Shown in pieces: positions 35,390 to 45,610 of a DNA stretch of 60,997 nucleotides; position 1 is the first letter of the stretch; each line of letters starts with the position of its first letter. Under the pieces are notes generated by a model that made no database searches, was not told where the DNA came from, and worked only from the letters and a program-made list of their open reading frames with translations. The DNA is from an uncultured Lysobacter sp. GTDB lineage: Bacteria; Pseudomonadota; Gammaproteobacteria; Burkholderiales; Usitatibacteraceae. The stretch spans positions 1 through 60,997 of the forward strand of contig CAZNWZ010000001.1 in the NCBI GenBank assembly GCA_964576455.1, read 5' to 3'. The position numbers and the translations under genes were made by a program.

Positions 35390-35578
35390 GGCGGTTAACG
35401 CCGATGAACGCCGATGCCCCGCCGATTGCCGCCGATGATTCCTGAATGGGATTTCGACTCTGCCGCCACCTCGAATCGACGAACCATGAGAACCCATTCC
35501 CTGGCCCATGGATTATCTGCGGCAATCGGCGGGGCATCGGCGTTCATCGGCGTTAACCGCCTTACCCCCGCGCAGCGG
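35373..35578. repeat. 206-bp MITE-like / giant hairpin element: perfect 60-nt inverted arms (35373..35432 and 35519..35578) around an 86-nt partly self-complementary core
   Basis: I checked the arms base by base and they are exact reverse complements. Each arm carries GCCGAT hexamers spaced 10-11 nt apart. The element lies between the MFS gene end and the DUF3833 RBS. Confidence 0.9.
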
Positions 35579-35604
35579 GAAAGAAAGACCGAAAGGAGAA
35601 AGCA

Positions 35605-36129
35605 ATGATCAGGAAAGCCATCGCGGGCATCGCGGCGCTGGTGCTCGCGGGATGCGCCACCGTCGCGCCGCAGGATTACGCGAGCGAGAAGCCCACCCTC
35701 GACCTCAGGCAATATTTCAACGGCCAGGTAGACGCCTGGGGCATCGTGCAGGACCGCTCCGGCAGGGTGATCAAGCGCATGACCGTCGAGATGACGTGCA
35801 CCTGGAACGGCGACGTGGGCACGCTCGACGAGCGCTTCACCTACGCCGACGGGACGAAGGAGACGCGCGTCTGGACGATCCGGAAGGACGGCAACCGCTA
35901 CACCGGCACCGCCGCCGACGTGGTGGGCGAGGCGAAGGGCGAGGCCGCGGGCAACGCGCTGCGCTGGAAGTACGTCCTCGACGCGAAGCGCGAGGATGGC
36001 GGTACCATCCACCTCGACATGGACGACTGGATGTGGCTCGTGGACGAGCGGACCCTGGTGAACAAGACCTCGTTCTCGAAGTTCGGCGTCAGGTTCGGCG
36101 AGGTCACGATCTTCTTCCGCAAGCGCTAG
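35605..36129 (+). CDS. DUF3833 domain-containing lipoprotein (lipocalin-like), 174 aa
   Basis: AAAGGAGAA SD lies upstream and the lipobox is LVLAGC. The strings LDLRQYFNG...AWGIVQDRSG and GNALRWKY...DDWMWLVD are typical of DUF3833. Confidence 0.75.
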   Translation: MIRKAIAGIAALVLAGCATVAPQDYASEKPTLDLRQYFNGQVDAWGIVQDRSGRVIKRMTVEMTCTWNGDVGTLDERFTYADGTKETRVWTIRKDGNRYTGTAADVVGEAKGEAAGNALRWKYVLDAKREDGGTIHLDMDDWMWLVDERTLVNKTSFSKFGVRFGEVTIFFRKR

Positions 36130-36133
36130 CCCC

Positions 36134-36913
36134 ATGGCCCTCAATCCCCGCATCCGCGACTGGAAGGACCGGCGATGCTGGATCGTCGGCGCCTCCACGG
36201 GCATCGGCGCGGCGCTCGCCGGGGCGCTTGCCGCGAAGGGCGCGAGGGTGGCCCTGTCCGCGCGCCGGCGCGAGCCCCTGGACGAGATGGCGGGCCGCTT
36301 CGGCAAGGGCCGCGCCCTCGTGCTGCCGCTCGACATCACCGACGCGCCGGCGCTCGAGAAGGCGGCGGCGTCGATGGCCAGGGCCTGGGGCGGCATCGAC
36401 CTCGTCGTGCTCATGGCGGGCGAGTACCGGCCGATGCGGGCGTGGGAGCTCGACGTGAAGGCCGCGCGCGCGATGGTGGAGGTGAACCTCGTGGGCCCGC
36501 TCAACGCCCTGGCGGCGGTCGTGCCGAGGCTCCTCGCGCAGGGCAGCGGCACGATCGCGCTGGTGTCGTCGGTGGCGGGCTACCGCGGGCTGCCGAAGAG
36601 CCTCGTGTACGGGCCCACCAAGGCGGCGATGATCAACCTCGCCGAGGCGCTCTACCTGGACCTCCAGCCCAAGGGCATCGGCGTGTGCGTGGTGAACCCC
36701 GGCTTCGTGCGGACGCCGATGACGGCGCAGAACGACTTCAAGATGCCCGCGCTCATCGAGCCGGACGAGGCCGCGCGCGAGATCGTGGCGGGGCTGGAGG
36801 CGGGGGAGTTCGAGATCCACTTCCCGAAGCGCTTCACGCGCTTCCTGAAGCTGCTGCGCGTGCTGCCGTACGGCCGCTACTTCCCGGCCGTGCGCAAGGC
36901 GACCGGGCTGTGA
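36134..36913 (+). CDS. SDR family oxidoreductase, 259 aa
   Basis: The cofactor motif is IVGASTGIGAAL and the catalytic region is SSVAGYRGLPKSLVYGPTKAA (YxxxK). Confidence 0.85.
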   Translation: MALNPRIRDWKDRRCWIVGASTGIGAALAGALAAKGARVALSARRREPLDEMAGRFGKGRALVLPLDITDAPALEKAAASMARAWGGIDLVVLMAGEYRPMRAWELDVKAARAMVEVNLVGPLNALAAVVPRLLAQGSGTIALVSSVAGYRGLPKSLVYGPTKAAMINLAEALYLDLQPKGIGVCVVNPGFVRTPMTAQNDFKMPALIEPDEAAREIVAGLEAGEFEIHFPKRFTRFLKLLRVLPYGRYFPAVRKATGL

Positions 36914-37338
36914 GCGCCGGGGCGCTGGCGAACCTGAAGGCGTTCTGGGAGGGCCTCACCCCGGAGCGGCTCGCGGGCATCGACGCGGTCTACGCGCCGG
37001 ATGCGTACTTCCGCGACCCGTTCAACGAGGTCCGCGGCGTGAAGGAGCTCGAGCGCATCTTCGGGCACATGTACGAAACGCTCGACGAGCCGCGCTTCAC
37101 GATCACGGAGACGATCCTCGAGGGCGAGCGGGCGGTGCTCATCTGGGATTTCGACTTCCGCGTGAAGTCGTGGAAGCCGCAGGTGACGCAGCGCATCCAC
37201 GGGCTCTCGGTCGTGCGCTTCGGGCCGGACGGGCGCGTGGAGCATCACCGCGACTACTGGGACGCCGCGGGCGAGCTCTACGCGAAGCTTCCCCTCGTGG
37301 GGCCGCTCATGCGCTTCCTGGCCCGCCGGATGGCGTGA
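36910..37338 (+). CDS. Nuclear transport factor 2 / SnoaL-like family protein, 142 aa
   Basis: It has a GTGA-coupled start. The sequence LTPERLAGIDAVYAPDAYFRDPFNEVRG and its size and position are typical of the NTF2-like last gene of this cluster. Confidence 0.65.
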   Translation: MSAGALANLKAFWEGLTPERLAGIDAVYAPDAYFRDPFNEVRGVKELERIFGHMYETLDEPRFTITETILEGERAVLIWDFDFRVKSWKPQVTQRIHGLSVVRFGPDGRVEHHRDYWDAAGELYAKLPLVGPLMRFLARRMA

Positions 37339-38741
37339 TCAGCCCTTCGTGAAGCCGGCCAGCAGGCCGACCACGTCCTGGCCGGCCTCCTTGCGGATCA
37401 CCGCCTCGCCGACCTTCCACTCCGCCAGGCCGTGCGCCTTCGCGAGGGCGCGCAGGTAGGCGGCCGAGTGGGCGTAGCGGCCGGAGCGGGCGAGGCGGAA
37501 GTCGCCCTCTCCCTCGAGGCGCTCGACGGAGAAGGCGAACATCCCGCCGGGGGCCAGCGAGCGCGCGACGGCGCGGAAGACCGCGTCGAGGTCGCCCACG
37601 TAGACGAAGACGTCCATGGCGGCCGCGAGGTCGCAGCCGGCCGCGGGCCTTGCGTCGAGGTAGGCGGCGATCTCGGCCTCCTGCAGCGAGTCGTAGAGGT
37701 GGCGCTCCCTCGCCCTGGCGAGCATCTGCCCGGAGAGGTCCACGCCCGCGAGGCTCGCGGCCCACGGCTTGAGCGCGATGCCCGAGAGCCCCGTGCCGCA
37801 GCCGAGATCCTCGATGCGCAGCCTTCCCTCCCGGCCGGCGAGCCACGGGGAGAGGAACTCGACCAGGCGCTCCGGCGTGCGGTACTCGAGGTCCTGCACG
37901 AGGCGGCGGTCGAAGTCGTCGGCGAAGCGGTCGAAGAAGCCGCGGATGAACTCGTCCGGGGCGCGCCCGGTCTGCACGCCGGCGATGGCGTCGCGAAGGT
38001 GCCGCAGCCCGTCGTTGGCCGGGTCGAGGGCGAGCGCGTGGTCGATGGCCTCGACGGCCTCGGCGTCGCGGCCCGCCGAGTAGCACAGCTCGCCCAGGTT
38101 CACCCAGGCCACGGCGTAATCGGGCTTCAGGCGCACCGCCTCCCGGAGGTGGCCGATGCCCTCGTCGGGGCGCCCCAGCTTGCCCAGGGTGTGGCCCAGG
38201 TTGTTGCGGGCCGTGGCGAGGCCCGGATCCGCGGCGACCGCCCCGGCAAAGGCCCGCGCGGCCTGCTCGCGGTCGCCGCGCGCCAGCGCGCACATGCCCA
38301 TCCCGTTGAGCAGCGGGCCCACGCCCGGCCGCAGGCGCAGCGCGTGGCCGTAGGCCTCCTCGGCCCCGGCCCACTGCCCGAGCCGCTCGAGGAGGTTGCC
38401 GAGGTTCGCCCAGGCCTCGAAGAACGCCGGGCGCAGCAGCACCGCCTTGCGGTAGGCGGCCACGGCCTCCCCGGGCCGCCCGGCGCCCGCGAGGCACATC
38501 GCGCGGACGAAGTGGAACTGCGGGTCCGCGCCCGCGAGGGACACCGCCTTGTCGATGGCGGGCAGGGCCTCGGCGGGGCGGTTCTGGAACAGCGCCGAGA
38601 GGGCGAGCACGTAGTGCGCCTCGGCGTTGCGCGGCTGGCGCGAGAGCACCTGGCGGGCGAAGGCCTCCGCCTGCAGGAAGCGGCCCTCGTGGACGAGCTG
38701 CGCGGCCGCGCGAAGCTGGCCGGCGATGGCGGCGGGCGCGC

Positions 38742-38745
<4 letters not shown>
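37339..38745 (-). CDS. TPR repeat-containing class I SAM-dependent methyltransferase (COG4976-like), about 468 aa
   Basis: The N-terminal TPR repeats (AEAHYVLALSALF, FEAWANLGNLL, AVAWVNLGELC) are followed by the methyltransferase motif I IEDLGCGTGLSG. The proposed TTG start overlaps the dolP stop (TTGA), but the start is uncertain. Confidence 0.7.
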
Positions 38746-40324
<1,579 letters not shown>

Positions 40325-40328
<4 letters not shown>

Positions 40329-41506
40329 TGCGCGGGGGCCAGCGGAACGGCGCGGCCGGCGTCGAAGACGGCGGGCACCAGGGTGCGCGTGAAGTGCCGC
40401 TCCGCGTCGAGGCCGATGCGCCCGGTGACGCCGTCCAGCGCGAAGGACTTCAGGTCCGACTGCAGCAGCAGGCCGCTCAGGCGGTACGCGTCGACGCCCA
40501 GGGCGTACAGCCTTTCCTGCTCCACGGCCATGGGCGCGTGGGGGGCGGGGTAGACCATCACCGCGGGGTGGTCGGGCTGGACGAACCAGGGCATGTCCAC
40601 ATAACGCACGCCCTCCAGGTCCACGTTGACCGTGGTGTCGGCGCGCGGGTCGACGCCGACCGAGGTCGTGTAGATCGGCAGCGTCCCGGAGATGTAGGGG
40701 CGCACGGCGCGCGTGGCGACCTGGTCCAGGGCGAGGAAGACCATGTCGCCGCGCAGGGCGGCGATGCGCTCCTTGACGGCCGGCGCCTCCTCCGGCCCCC
40801 CCGCGAAGGCGACGCGGCGGGCCTCGCCGGCCGCCCGGCCCCACTCGCGCTCGAAGGCCTCGGCCACGCGCCGCGCGAGCGGCGAGGGCGAGGCGATGAC
40901 GATGGCCGCGTGCCAGCCGTCGTTGATCGCGAGCAGCGCCACCTGCCGGGCCTCCTGCTCCGCCGAGAGCGAGATGGCGTACATCCTCGCCGGCATGTGC
41001 GGCTCCTGCGGCTCGTTGAGCACGAGCGTGGGCTGGCGCGGGCAGTCGCTGCGCGCCAGGCCCGTCGCGCCGTCGCGCGTGAGGCCCGCCACCACGAGCA
41101 CCGCGCCCTCGCGCTGCGCCTTGCGGCAGAGCTCCAGCACGGCGGGGCCGTCGTCCACGGCGGGGTAGACGCGAACGGGCAGGGCGTTGCGTCCCGCGAC
41201 CTCGCCGGCCGCGAGGAAGCCCAGGCGCACGGCGTCGGCCAGGCGCCCCAGCGCGGGGGACGAGAGCGGCAGGATGAGGGCCACGTGCGGCGCGGGGCCC
41301 TGGGCGATGGGCGCCTTCGCGGGGGCGGGCGCGGGCCCCGGGGGTGCCGGGGCCGCGGGCGCGTCGCGCAGCGGCGTGACGACGGTGGTCGGCGCGAGGC
41401 CGGAGGGCGCGGTTGTCTCGGGCGGCGCGTCGGCCGAGAATGCGGGCGTCGCCGCCAGGGCGGCCGCGAGGAGGAACGCGTTGAAGCGCGCGCAGGGGGT
41501 GGGCAA
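40325..41506 (-). CDS. lpoA: Penicillin-binding protein activator (LpoA/LppC family, periplasmic-binding-protein-like domain), about 393 aa
   Basis: It is divergent from rsmI as in E. coli. The proposed TTG start gives a signal peptide M/LPTPCARFNAFLLAAALAATPAFSA, followed by a Pro/Ala linker and a type-1 PBP-like domain. The upstream ATG at 41587 would overlap rsmI, so the start is uncertain. Confidence 0.6.
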
Positions 41507-41552
41507 GAAGGGCGGCTCCGGTTCGCCGGCGGCGGACGGCCGCGCGGCGGGA

Positions 41553-42419
41553 TTGCCCGGGGGATTATATGTGGTGGCCACGCCCATCGGGAACCTGGGC
41601 GACCTCACCGCCCGCGCCCGCGAGACGCTGGCCGCCTGCGACGTGGTGGCGGCGGAGGACACGCGCGTGGCGCGCTCGCTGCTCGCCCACCTGGGCATCG
41701 GCGCGCGCGTGATGGCCGTGCACGAGCACAACGAGCGCGCGGCGGCCGAGGCCGTGCTCGCGCTGCTGCGCGAGGGGAAGTCCGTGGCGCTCACGACCGA
41801 TGCGGGCACGCCGGCGGTGAGCGATCCCGGCGCGGTGCTCGTGGACCGGGTGCGCGCCGGGGGCTTCCCCGTGATTCCCGTTCCCGGCCCCAGTGCCCTC
41901 ACGGCGGCGCTGTCCGCGAGCGGCATCGCCGCCGACGGCGTCGTGTTCGCGGGGTTCCTGCCCGCCCGGGGGGCCGATCGCAGGCGCCGCCTCGCGCAGC
42001 TCGCCGCCGGCCCCTGGGCCATCGCCCTCTTCGAGTCGCCGCACCGCATCGAGGCCACGCTCGCGGACCTGCACGCGGCCCTGGGCGAGCGCGACGTGGT
42101 CGTCTGCCGCGAGCTCACCAAGCGCTTCGAGGCGATCGCGCGCGTGCCGCTCGCCGGGGCGCTCGAGTGGCTGCGCGCGGACGCCAACCGCTCGCGCGGG
42201 GAGTTCGTCCTCGTGGTCGAGGGCCGGCCCGTGGAGGCGGCCTCCGGCGCCGATCCCCGGCGCGTCCTCGAGGCGCTGCTCGCGGAGCTCTCCGTGAAGC
42301 AGGCGGCGGCGCTCGCCGCGAGGATCACCGGCGCTTCCCGGAGCGAGCTCTACGCCCTGGCGCTCGCGATGAAGGCCGAGGGCGGGACGGCGAAGGCGAA
42401 GGGCGGCCGGCGGCTATAA
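41553..42419 (+). CDS. rsmI: 16S rRNA (cytidine1402-2'-O)-methyltransferase, about 288 aa
   Basis: RsmI signature strings are [34 protein letters not shown] and [12 protein letters not shown]. No ATG is available, so TTG 41553 is proposed (GTG 41499 is the alternative). Confidence 0.8.
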   Translation: MPGGLYVVATPIGNLGDLTARARETLAACDVVAAEDTRVARSLLAHLGIGARVMAVHEHNERAAAEAVLALLREGKSVALTTDAGTPAVSDPGAVLVDRVRAGGFPVIPVPGPSALTAALSASGIAADGVVFAGFLPARGADRRRRLAQLAAGPWAIALFESPHRIEATLADLHAALGERDVVVCRELTKRFEAIARVPLAGALEWLRADANRSRGEFVLVVEGRPVEAASGADPRRVLEALLAELSVKQAAALAARITGASRSELYALALAMKAEGGTAKAKGGRRL

Positions 42420-42426
42420 TCCGACG

Positions 42427-43464
42427 ATGGCTGACACGCTCACGATCGCCCGTCCCGACGACTGGCACGTCCACTTCCGCGACGGCGACCTGATGAAGTC
42501 CGTCGTGGGCGCGACGGCGCGCCAGTTCGGCCGCGCCATCGTGATGCCCAACCTCCGGCCGCCGGTCACGACCGTCGAGCAGGCGCGCGCCTATCGCGAC
42601 CGCATCCTCGGGGCGCTGCCCCCGGGGTCGGACTTCGAGCCGCTGATGACGCTCTACCTCACCGACAACACGGCGCCCGACGAGATCGCGAAGGCCGCGG
42701 CCTCGGGGTTCGTGAAGGCCGTGAAGTACTACCCGGCGGGAGCCACCACGAATTCCGACTCGGGCGTCACCGACATCCGCCGCTGCGACGCGGTGTTCGA
42801 GGCGATGGCCGCGCACCGCCTGCCGCTGCTGCTGCACGGCGAGGTGACCGACCCGGAGGTGGACGTCTTCGACCGCGAGAAGGTCTTCATCGAGACGGTG
42901 CTGCGGCCGCTGGAGCGGCGCTTCCCGAAGCTGCGCATGGTGCTCGAGCACATCACGACGCGGGAGGCGGCGCTCTTCGTCTCGAGCGCGCCCGCCAACG
43001 TCGCGGCCACCATCACCGCGCACCACCTGCTCCTGAACCGCAACGCGATCTTCGCCGGCGGCGTGCGGCCGCACCACTACTGCCTGCCGGTGCTCAAGCG
43101 CGAGACGCACCGCGTCGCGCTGCTGAAGGCCGCTCTCTCGGGCAATCCCCGCTTCTTCCTGGGCACCGACACGGCGCCGCACGCGAAGTCGGCCAAGGAG
43201 TCGTGCTGCGGCAGCGCCGGCATCTACACGGCGCACGCCGCGATGGAGCTCTACGCGGAGGTGTTCGAGCGCGAGGGCGCCCTCGACCGGCTCGAGGGCT
43301 TCGCGAGCCACTTCGGCCCGGACTTCTACGGCCTGCCCCGGAGCACGCGGCAGGTGACCCTGGCCAAGGAGCCGTGGGAGGTGCCCGCGAGCTACCCCTT
43401 CGGCGCCGAGACGGTGGTGCCGCTTCGCGCCGGCGAGCGCCTCGCCTGGCGCTTCCGGGGCTAG
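42427..43464 (+). CDS. pyrC: Dihydroorotase, homodimeric (class II) type, 345 aa
   Basis: The sequence [12 protein letters not shown]...[10 protein letters not shown], ...[11 protein letters not shown] and FLGTDTAPH is the classic PyrC pattern. Confidence 0.9.
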   Translation: MADTLTIARPDDWHVHFRDGDLMKSVVGATARQFGRAIVMPNLRPPVTTVEQARAYRDRILGALPPGSDFEPLMTLYLTDNTAPDEIAKAAASGFVKAVKYYPAGATTNSDSGVTDIRRCDAVFEAMAAHRLPLLLHGEVTDPEVDVFDREKVFIETVLRPLERRFPKLRMVLEHITTREAALFVSSAPANVAATITAHHLLLNRNAIFAGGVRPHHYCLPVLKRETHRVALLKAALSGNPRFFLGTDTAPHAKSAKESCCGSAGIYTAHAAMELYAEVFEREGALDRLEGFASHFGPDFYGLPRSTRQVTLAKEPWEVPASYPFGAETVVPLRAGERLAWRFRG

Positions 43465-43480
43465 GGCTGCCCGCGGCCCG

Positions 43481-44284
43481 ATGGACTGGGCGGCGGCGCA
43501 GGCGAGGCTCCGGGGACCGGCGTTCGCGCCGGTCGCTCCCGCGCTCGCCCGCCTCGACCCCTCGCGCTGGCCCACGCACGACGAGCTCACCGCGCTCGCC
43601 GGGGGCATCCTGACCGCCGGGGGCGCGCCGATCCGCTTCGTGGCGCCGCGCGCGCGCGGGGAGACGGGCCGCCCGTGCTACGAGCGGCGCATCGCGGAAT
43701 CGGGCGAGGTCGAGACTCGCCCGGGCAACTGGCACGACCTCTTCAACGCGCTCGCCTGGGTCGCCTGGCCGCGGGCGAAGGCCGCCATCAACGCGCAGCA
43801 CGCGGCGATGCTCGCCGAGGGCGGCGAGGCGGAGGCGAGGCGCCGCCGGCCGGAGCGCGACGCGCTCGCCCTCTTCGACGAGGGCGGCGTCGCGGTCGCC
43901 TCGTGCTCGCCCGGGATGCTGCGGCTCATCCAGGACTTCGAGTGGAAGGAGCTCTTCTGGCGCCGCCGCGGCGAGCTCGCGGGCCGGGTGCGCTTCCTCG
44001 CCTTCGGCCACTCGCTCCTCGAGAAGATGCTCGATCCCTTCGTCGGCATCGTCGCCAAGACGGTGTTCCTGCCCGTGGACGACCTCTTCCCGATGCTTCC
44101 GCCGGAGGCGCAGGTGGCGCGGGCGGACGAGCTCCTCGCCGCGCACTTCGCGGCGCGCGCGCGCTTCGCGTCGCCGCGGGTCATGGCCCCCCTGCCGGTG
44201 CTCGGCATTCCGGGCTGGTGCCCCGACACCGACCGCGAGGCCTTCTACGACGACGCCTCGCACTTCCGCCGCAAGCCGGAGTAA
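43481..44284 (+). CDS. DUF3025 domain-containing protein, 267 aa
   Basis: The strings NWHDLFNALAWVAWPRAKAAIN and the C-terminal GIPGWCPDTD...FYDD match my recollection of DUF3025, which is often next to pyrC. Confidence 0.65.
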   Translation: MDWAAAQARLRGPAFAPVAPALARLDPSRWPTHDELTALAGGILTAGGAPIRFVAPRARGETGRPCYERRIAESGEVETRPGNWHDLFNALAWVAWPRAKAAINAQHAAMLAEGGEAEARRRRPERDALALFDEGGVAVASCSPGMLRLIQDFEWKELFWRRRGELAGRVRFLAFGHSLLEKMLDPFVGIVAKTVFLPVDDLFPMLPPEAQVARADELLAAHFAARARFASPRVMAPLPVLGIPGWCPDTDREAFYDDASHFRRKPE

Positions 44285-44291
44285 TGGGAGT

Positions 44292-44344
44292 AATGGGGTC
44301 AGGTTACTTTGCACAAAAATTGTGCAAAGCAACCTGGCCCCATT
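44292..44344. repeat. REP-like palindrome, copy 3 of 3 (degenerate right arm)
   Basis: The sequence is AATGGGGTCAGGTTACTTTGCACAA-AAA-TTGTGCAAAGcAACCTGgCCCCATT. Two mismatches break the stem relative to copies 1 and 2. Confidence 0.85.
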
Positions 44345-44359
44345 TCCCCCAATTCCCGC

Positions 44360-44381
44360 GAAAGCAACCTGGCCCCGTTTC
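44360..44381. repeat. Solo partial copy of the REP right arm
   Basis: AAAGCAACCTGGCCCC at 44361..44376 is identical to 44326..44341 of copy 3, including its two variant bases, so it is a local direct duplication. Confidence 0.8.
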
Positions 44382-44388
44382 TTCTCCG

Positions 44389-44394
44389 TAGAAT
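44389..44394 (+). promoter_or_regulatory. Candidate -10 box (TAGAAT) of the rnpB promoter
   Basis: TAGAAT lies 8 nt upstream of the predicted mature 5' end GAAGCAGG at 44403. I see no convincing -35 box. Confidence 0.4.
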
Positions 44395-44402
44395 GTCGGG
44401 GT

Positions 44403-44709
44403 GAAGCAGGCCGGACGGTCGCCGTGCCGCGGATGCGGTGCGGAGGAAAGTCGGGACTCCACAGGGCAGCGTAGCGGGTAACTCCCGTCCGCCGTGAGGC
44501 GAGGATCAGAGCAACAGAGACGAGCCGGTTCAGTCCGGGTGAAACGGGCAATCTCTACGCGGAGCAACACCAAATAGGCAGACGACGACGCGGCCCGCCG
44601 AGTCTGCGGGTAGGTGGCTCGAGCGCCGCGGCAACGCGTCGCCCAGAGGGATGACCGTCATACCTCGCGAGAGGCGTAACAGAATCCCGCTTACAGGCCT
44701 GGTTCACTT
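44403..44709 (+). ncRNA. rnpB: RNase P RNA, bacterial type A
   Basis: Conserved blocks appear in the correct order: GAAGCAGGCC (P1 5'), GGAGGAAAGTCGGGACTCCACAGGGCA, GGGTAAC, AGCAACAGAGA, GGGTGAAACGGG, GGAGCAACACCAAATAGG, GGGTAGGTGGCTCGAG, AGAGGGATGACCGTC, ACAGAATCCCGCTTACAGGCCTGGTTC (P1 3'). The ends are approximate, within a few nt. Confidence 0.9.
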
Positions 44710-45360
44710 TTCGCCTTCCGCACGGACGAGCCCTGCCCAGTCGCCGGGCCTGATCCGCGCCACCACCGCGAAGCCCGCGCCCGCGGGCTTGAGCACCGCC
44801 GCCTCGCCCTCGGCCAGGTGCGGCGGGCCCGCGATCGCGCGGAACGGGTTGCCGTGGCTCGTGACCATGCGCAGCGTCCCCGGCGCAGGCGGGGACGAAA
44901 GGAGCGAAACGAGCTTCGTGTAGTCCGCGTTCGCCGGCGACGTCCCCTCGTAGCCGCGCACCACCGTCGAGGGCTCGGCGCGCCCGAACATGAGCCGCCC
45001 CGTCTCCATCGTGCGGCAGAAGGGGCTCGCGATCACCTCGCCCACCGGGAGCCCCAGGGCGCGGATGGCCTCGCCGATCTCCCGCGCCTGCGCGCGCCCG
45101 GCCTCGGACAGGTTGCGCTGGGTACCGCAGTCCGCGTGGCCCGTCATCGACCGGTCGTTCTGGCTGAAGTCGGTCGCGGTGTGCCGGAAGTACAGCGTGA
45201 GGCCGCCCGCGCGCAGGGCGCGCACGAGCGCCGTCCCCTCGAGCGCGTGCGCGGGATCGGGCGAGGAGACGCGCTCGGCCATCGCGGGCGCCGCGAGCGC
45301 CAGGGCGGCCCCGGCGGCCCATGCGGCGGCGCAGCGCGGCAGGATGGTGCGTTGCAGCAT
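44704..45360 (-). CDS. Histidine phosphatase family protein, secreted, 218 aa
   Basis: It has a signal peptide (AALALAAPAMA), the catalytic RH motif in LYFRHTATD, and a later TSHG motif. Confidence 0.7.
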   Translation of the reverse strand: MLQRTILPRCAAAWAAGAALALAAPAMAERVSSPDPAHALEGTALVRALRAGGLTLYFRHTATDFSQNDRSMTGHADCGTQRNLSEAGRAQAREIGEAIRALGLPVGEVIASPFCRTMETGRLMFGRAEPSTVVRGYEGTSPANADYTKLVSLLSSPPAPGTLRMVTSHGNPFRAIAGPPHLAEGEAAVLKPAGAGFAVVARIRPGDWAGLVRAEGEK

Positions 45361-45553
45361 CGGGTTCTCCTATCGATCCGTTCGATTCGATCGGTTGACT
45401 GCGGTTTCCCGGCGGGTCCGGCCCCGATCTTATCAAACGACTTTCAATAAGATTTATAAGCCATTGAAATCATTGAATATAGAAAACTCAAAATTCCGTT
45501 GAGGAACCACCGCTAAGTCCCTGTCGCACAACAAAAATTCCCGAATTCCCCCC

Positions 45554-45582
45554 TTGACTCCCCCGGATCGACTCAATAGAGT
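45554..45582 (+). promoter_or_regulatory. Candidate sigma70 promoter of the dcw cluster (Pmra): TTGACT-17 nt-TAGAGT
   Basis: TTGACT is at 45554..45559 and TAGAGT at 45577..45582 with 17-nt spacing, about 80 nt upstream of mraZ at the edge of an AT-rich island. Confidence 0.5.
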
Positions 45583-45610
45583 GTGCGGAAGTGGGAAAAA
45601 TTGGGAAATC
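45583..45610 (+). promoter_or_regulatory. Candidate MraZ operator: three phased (G/T)TG(C)GGAA repeats
   Basis: The sequence is GTGCGGAA GTGGGAAAAA TTGGGAAATC, with TGGGA boxes at 45592 and 45602 exactly 10 nt apart and a degenerate third box upstream. E. coli MraZ is known to bind phased TGGGN direct repeats next to Pmra. Confidence 0.4.

Noticed and set aside
35400-35551. Phased GCCGAT/ATCGGC hexamers considered as a CRISPR array or replication iterons.
   Set aside because: The repeat units are only 6 nt, there are no unique spacers of CRISPR size, and there are no cas or rep genes. They are internal structure of the inverted-repeat arms.
35202-35608. Small ORFs 35202..35537 (minus strand), 35414..35608 (plus strand) and the ends of 33721..35445 and 35395..36552, which share the peptides AIGGASAFIGVNRLTPAQR and RLTPMNADAPPIAAD.
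   Set aside because: The shared peptides are simply the two arms of the 60-nt perfect inverted repeat translated on both strands. There is no SD, no coding-type GC3 and no independent support.
41507-41587. The ATG at 41587 as the start of the lpoA-like gene.
   Set aside because: It would add 27 residues ahead of the signal peptide and overlap the divergent rsmI coding region, including its conserved [10 protein letters not shown] start.
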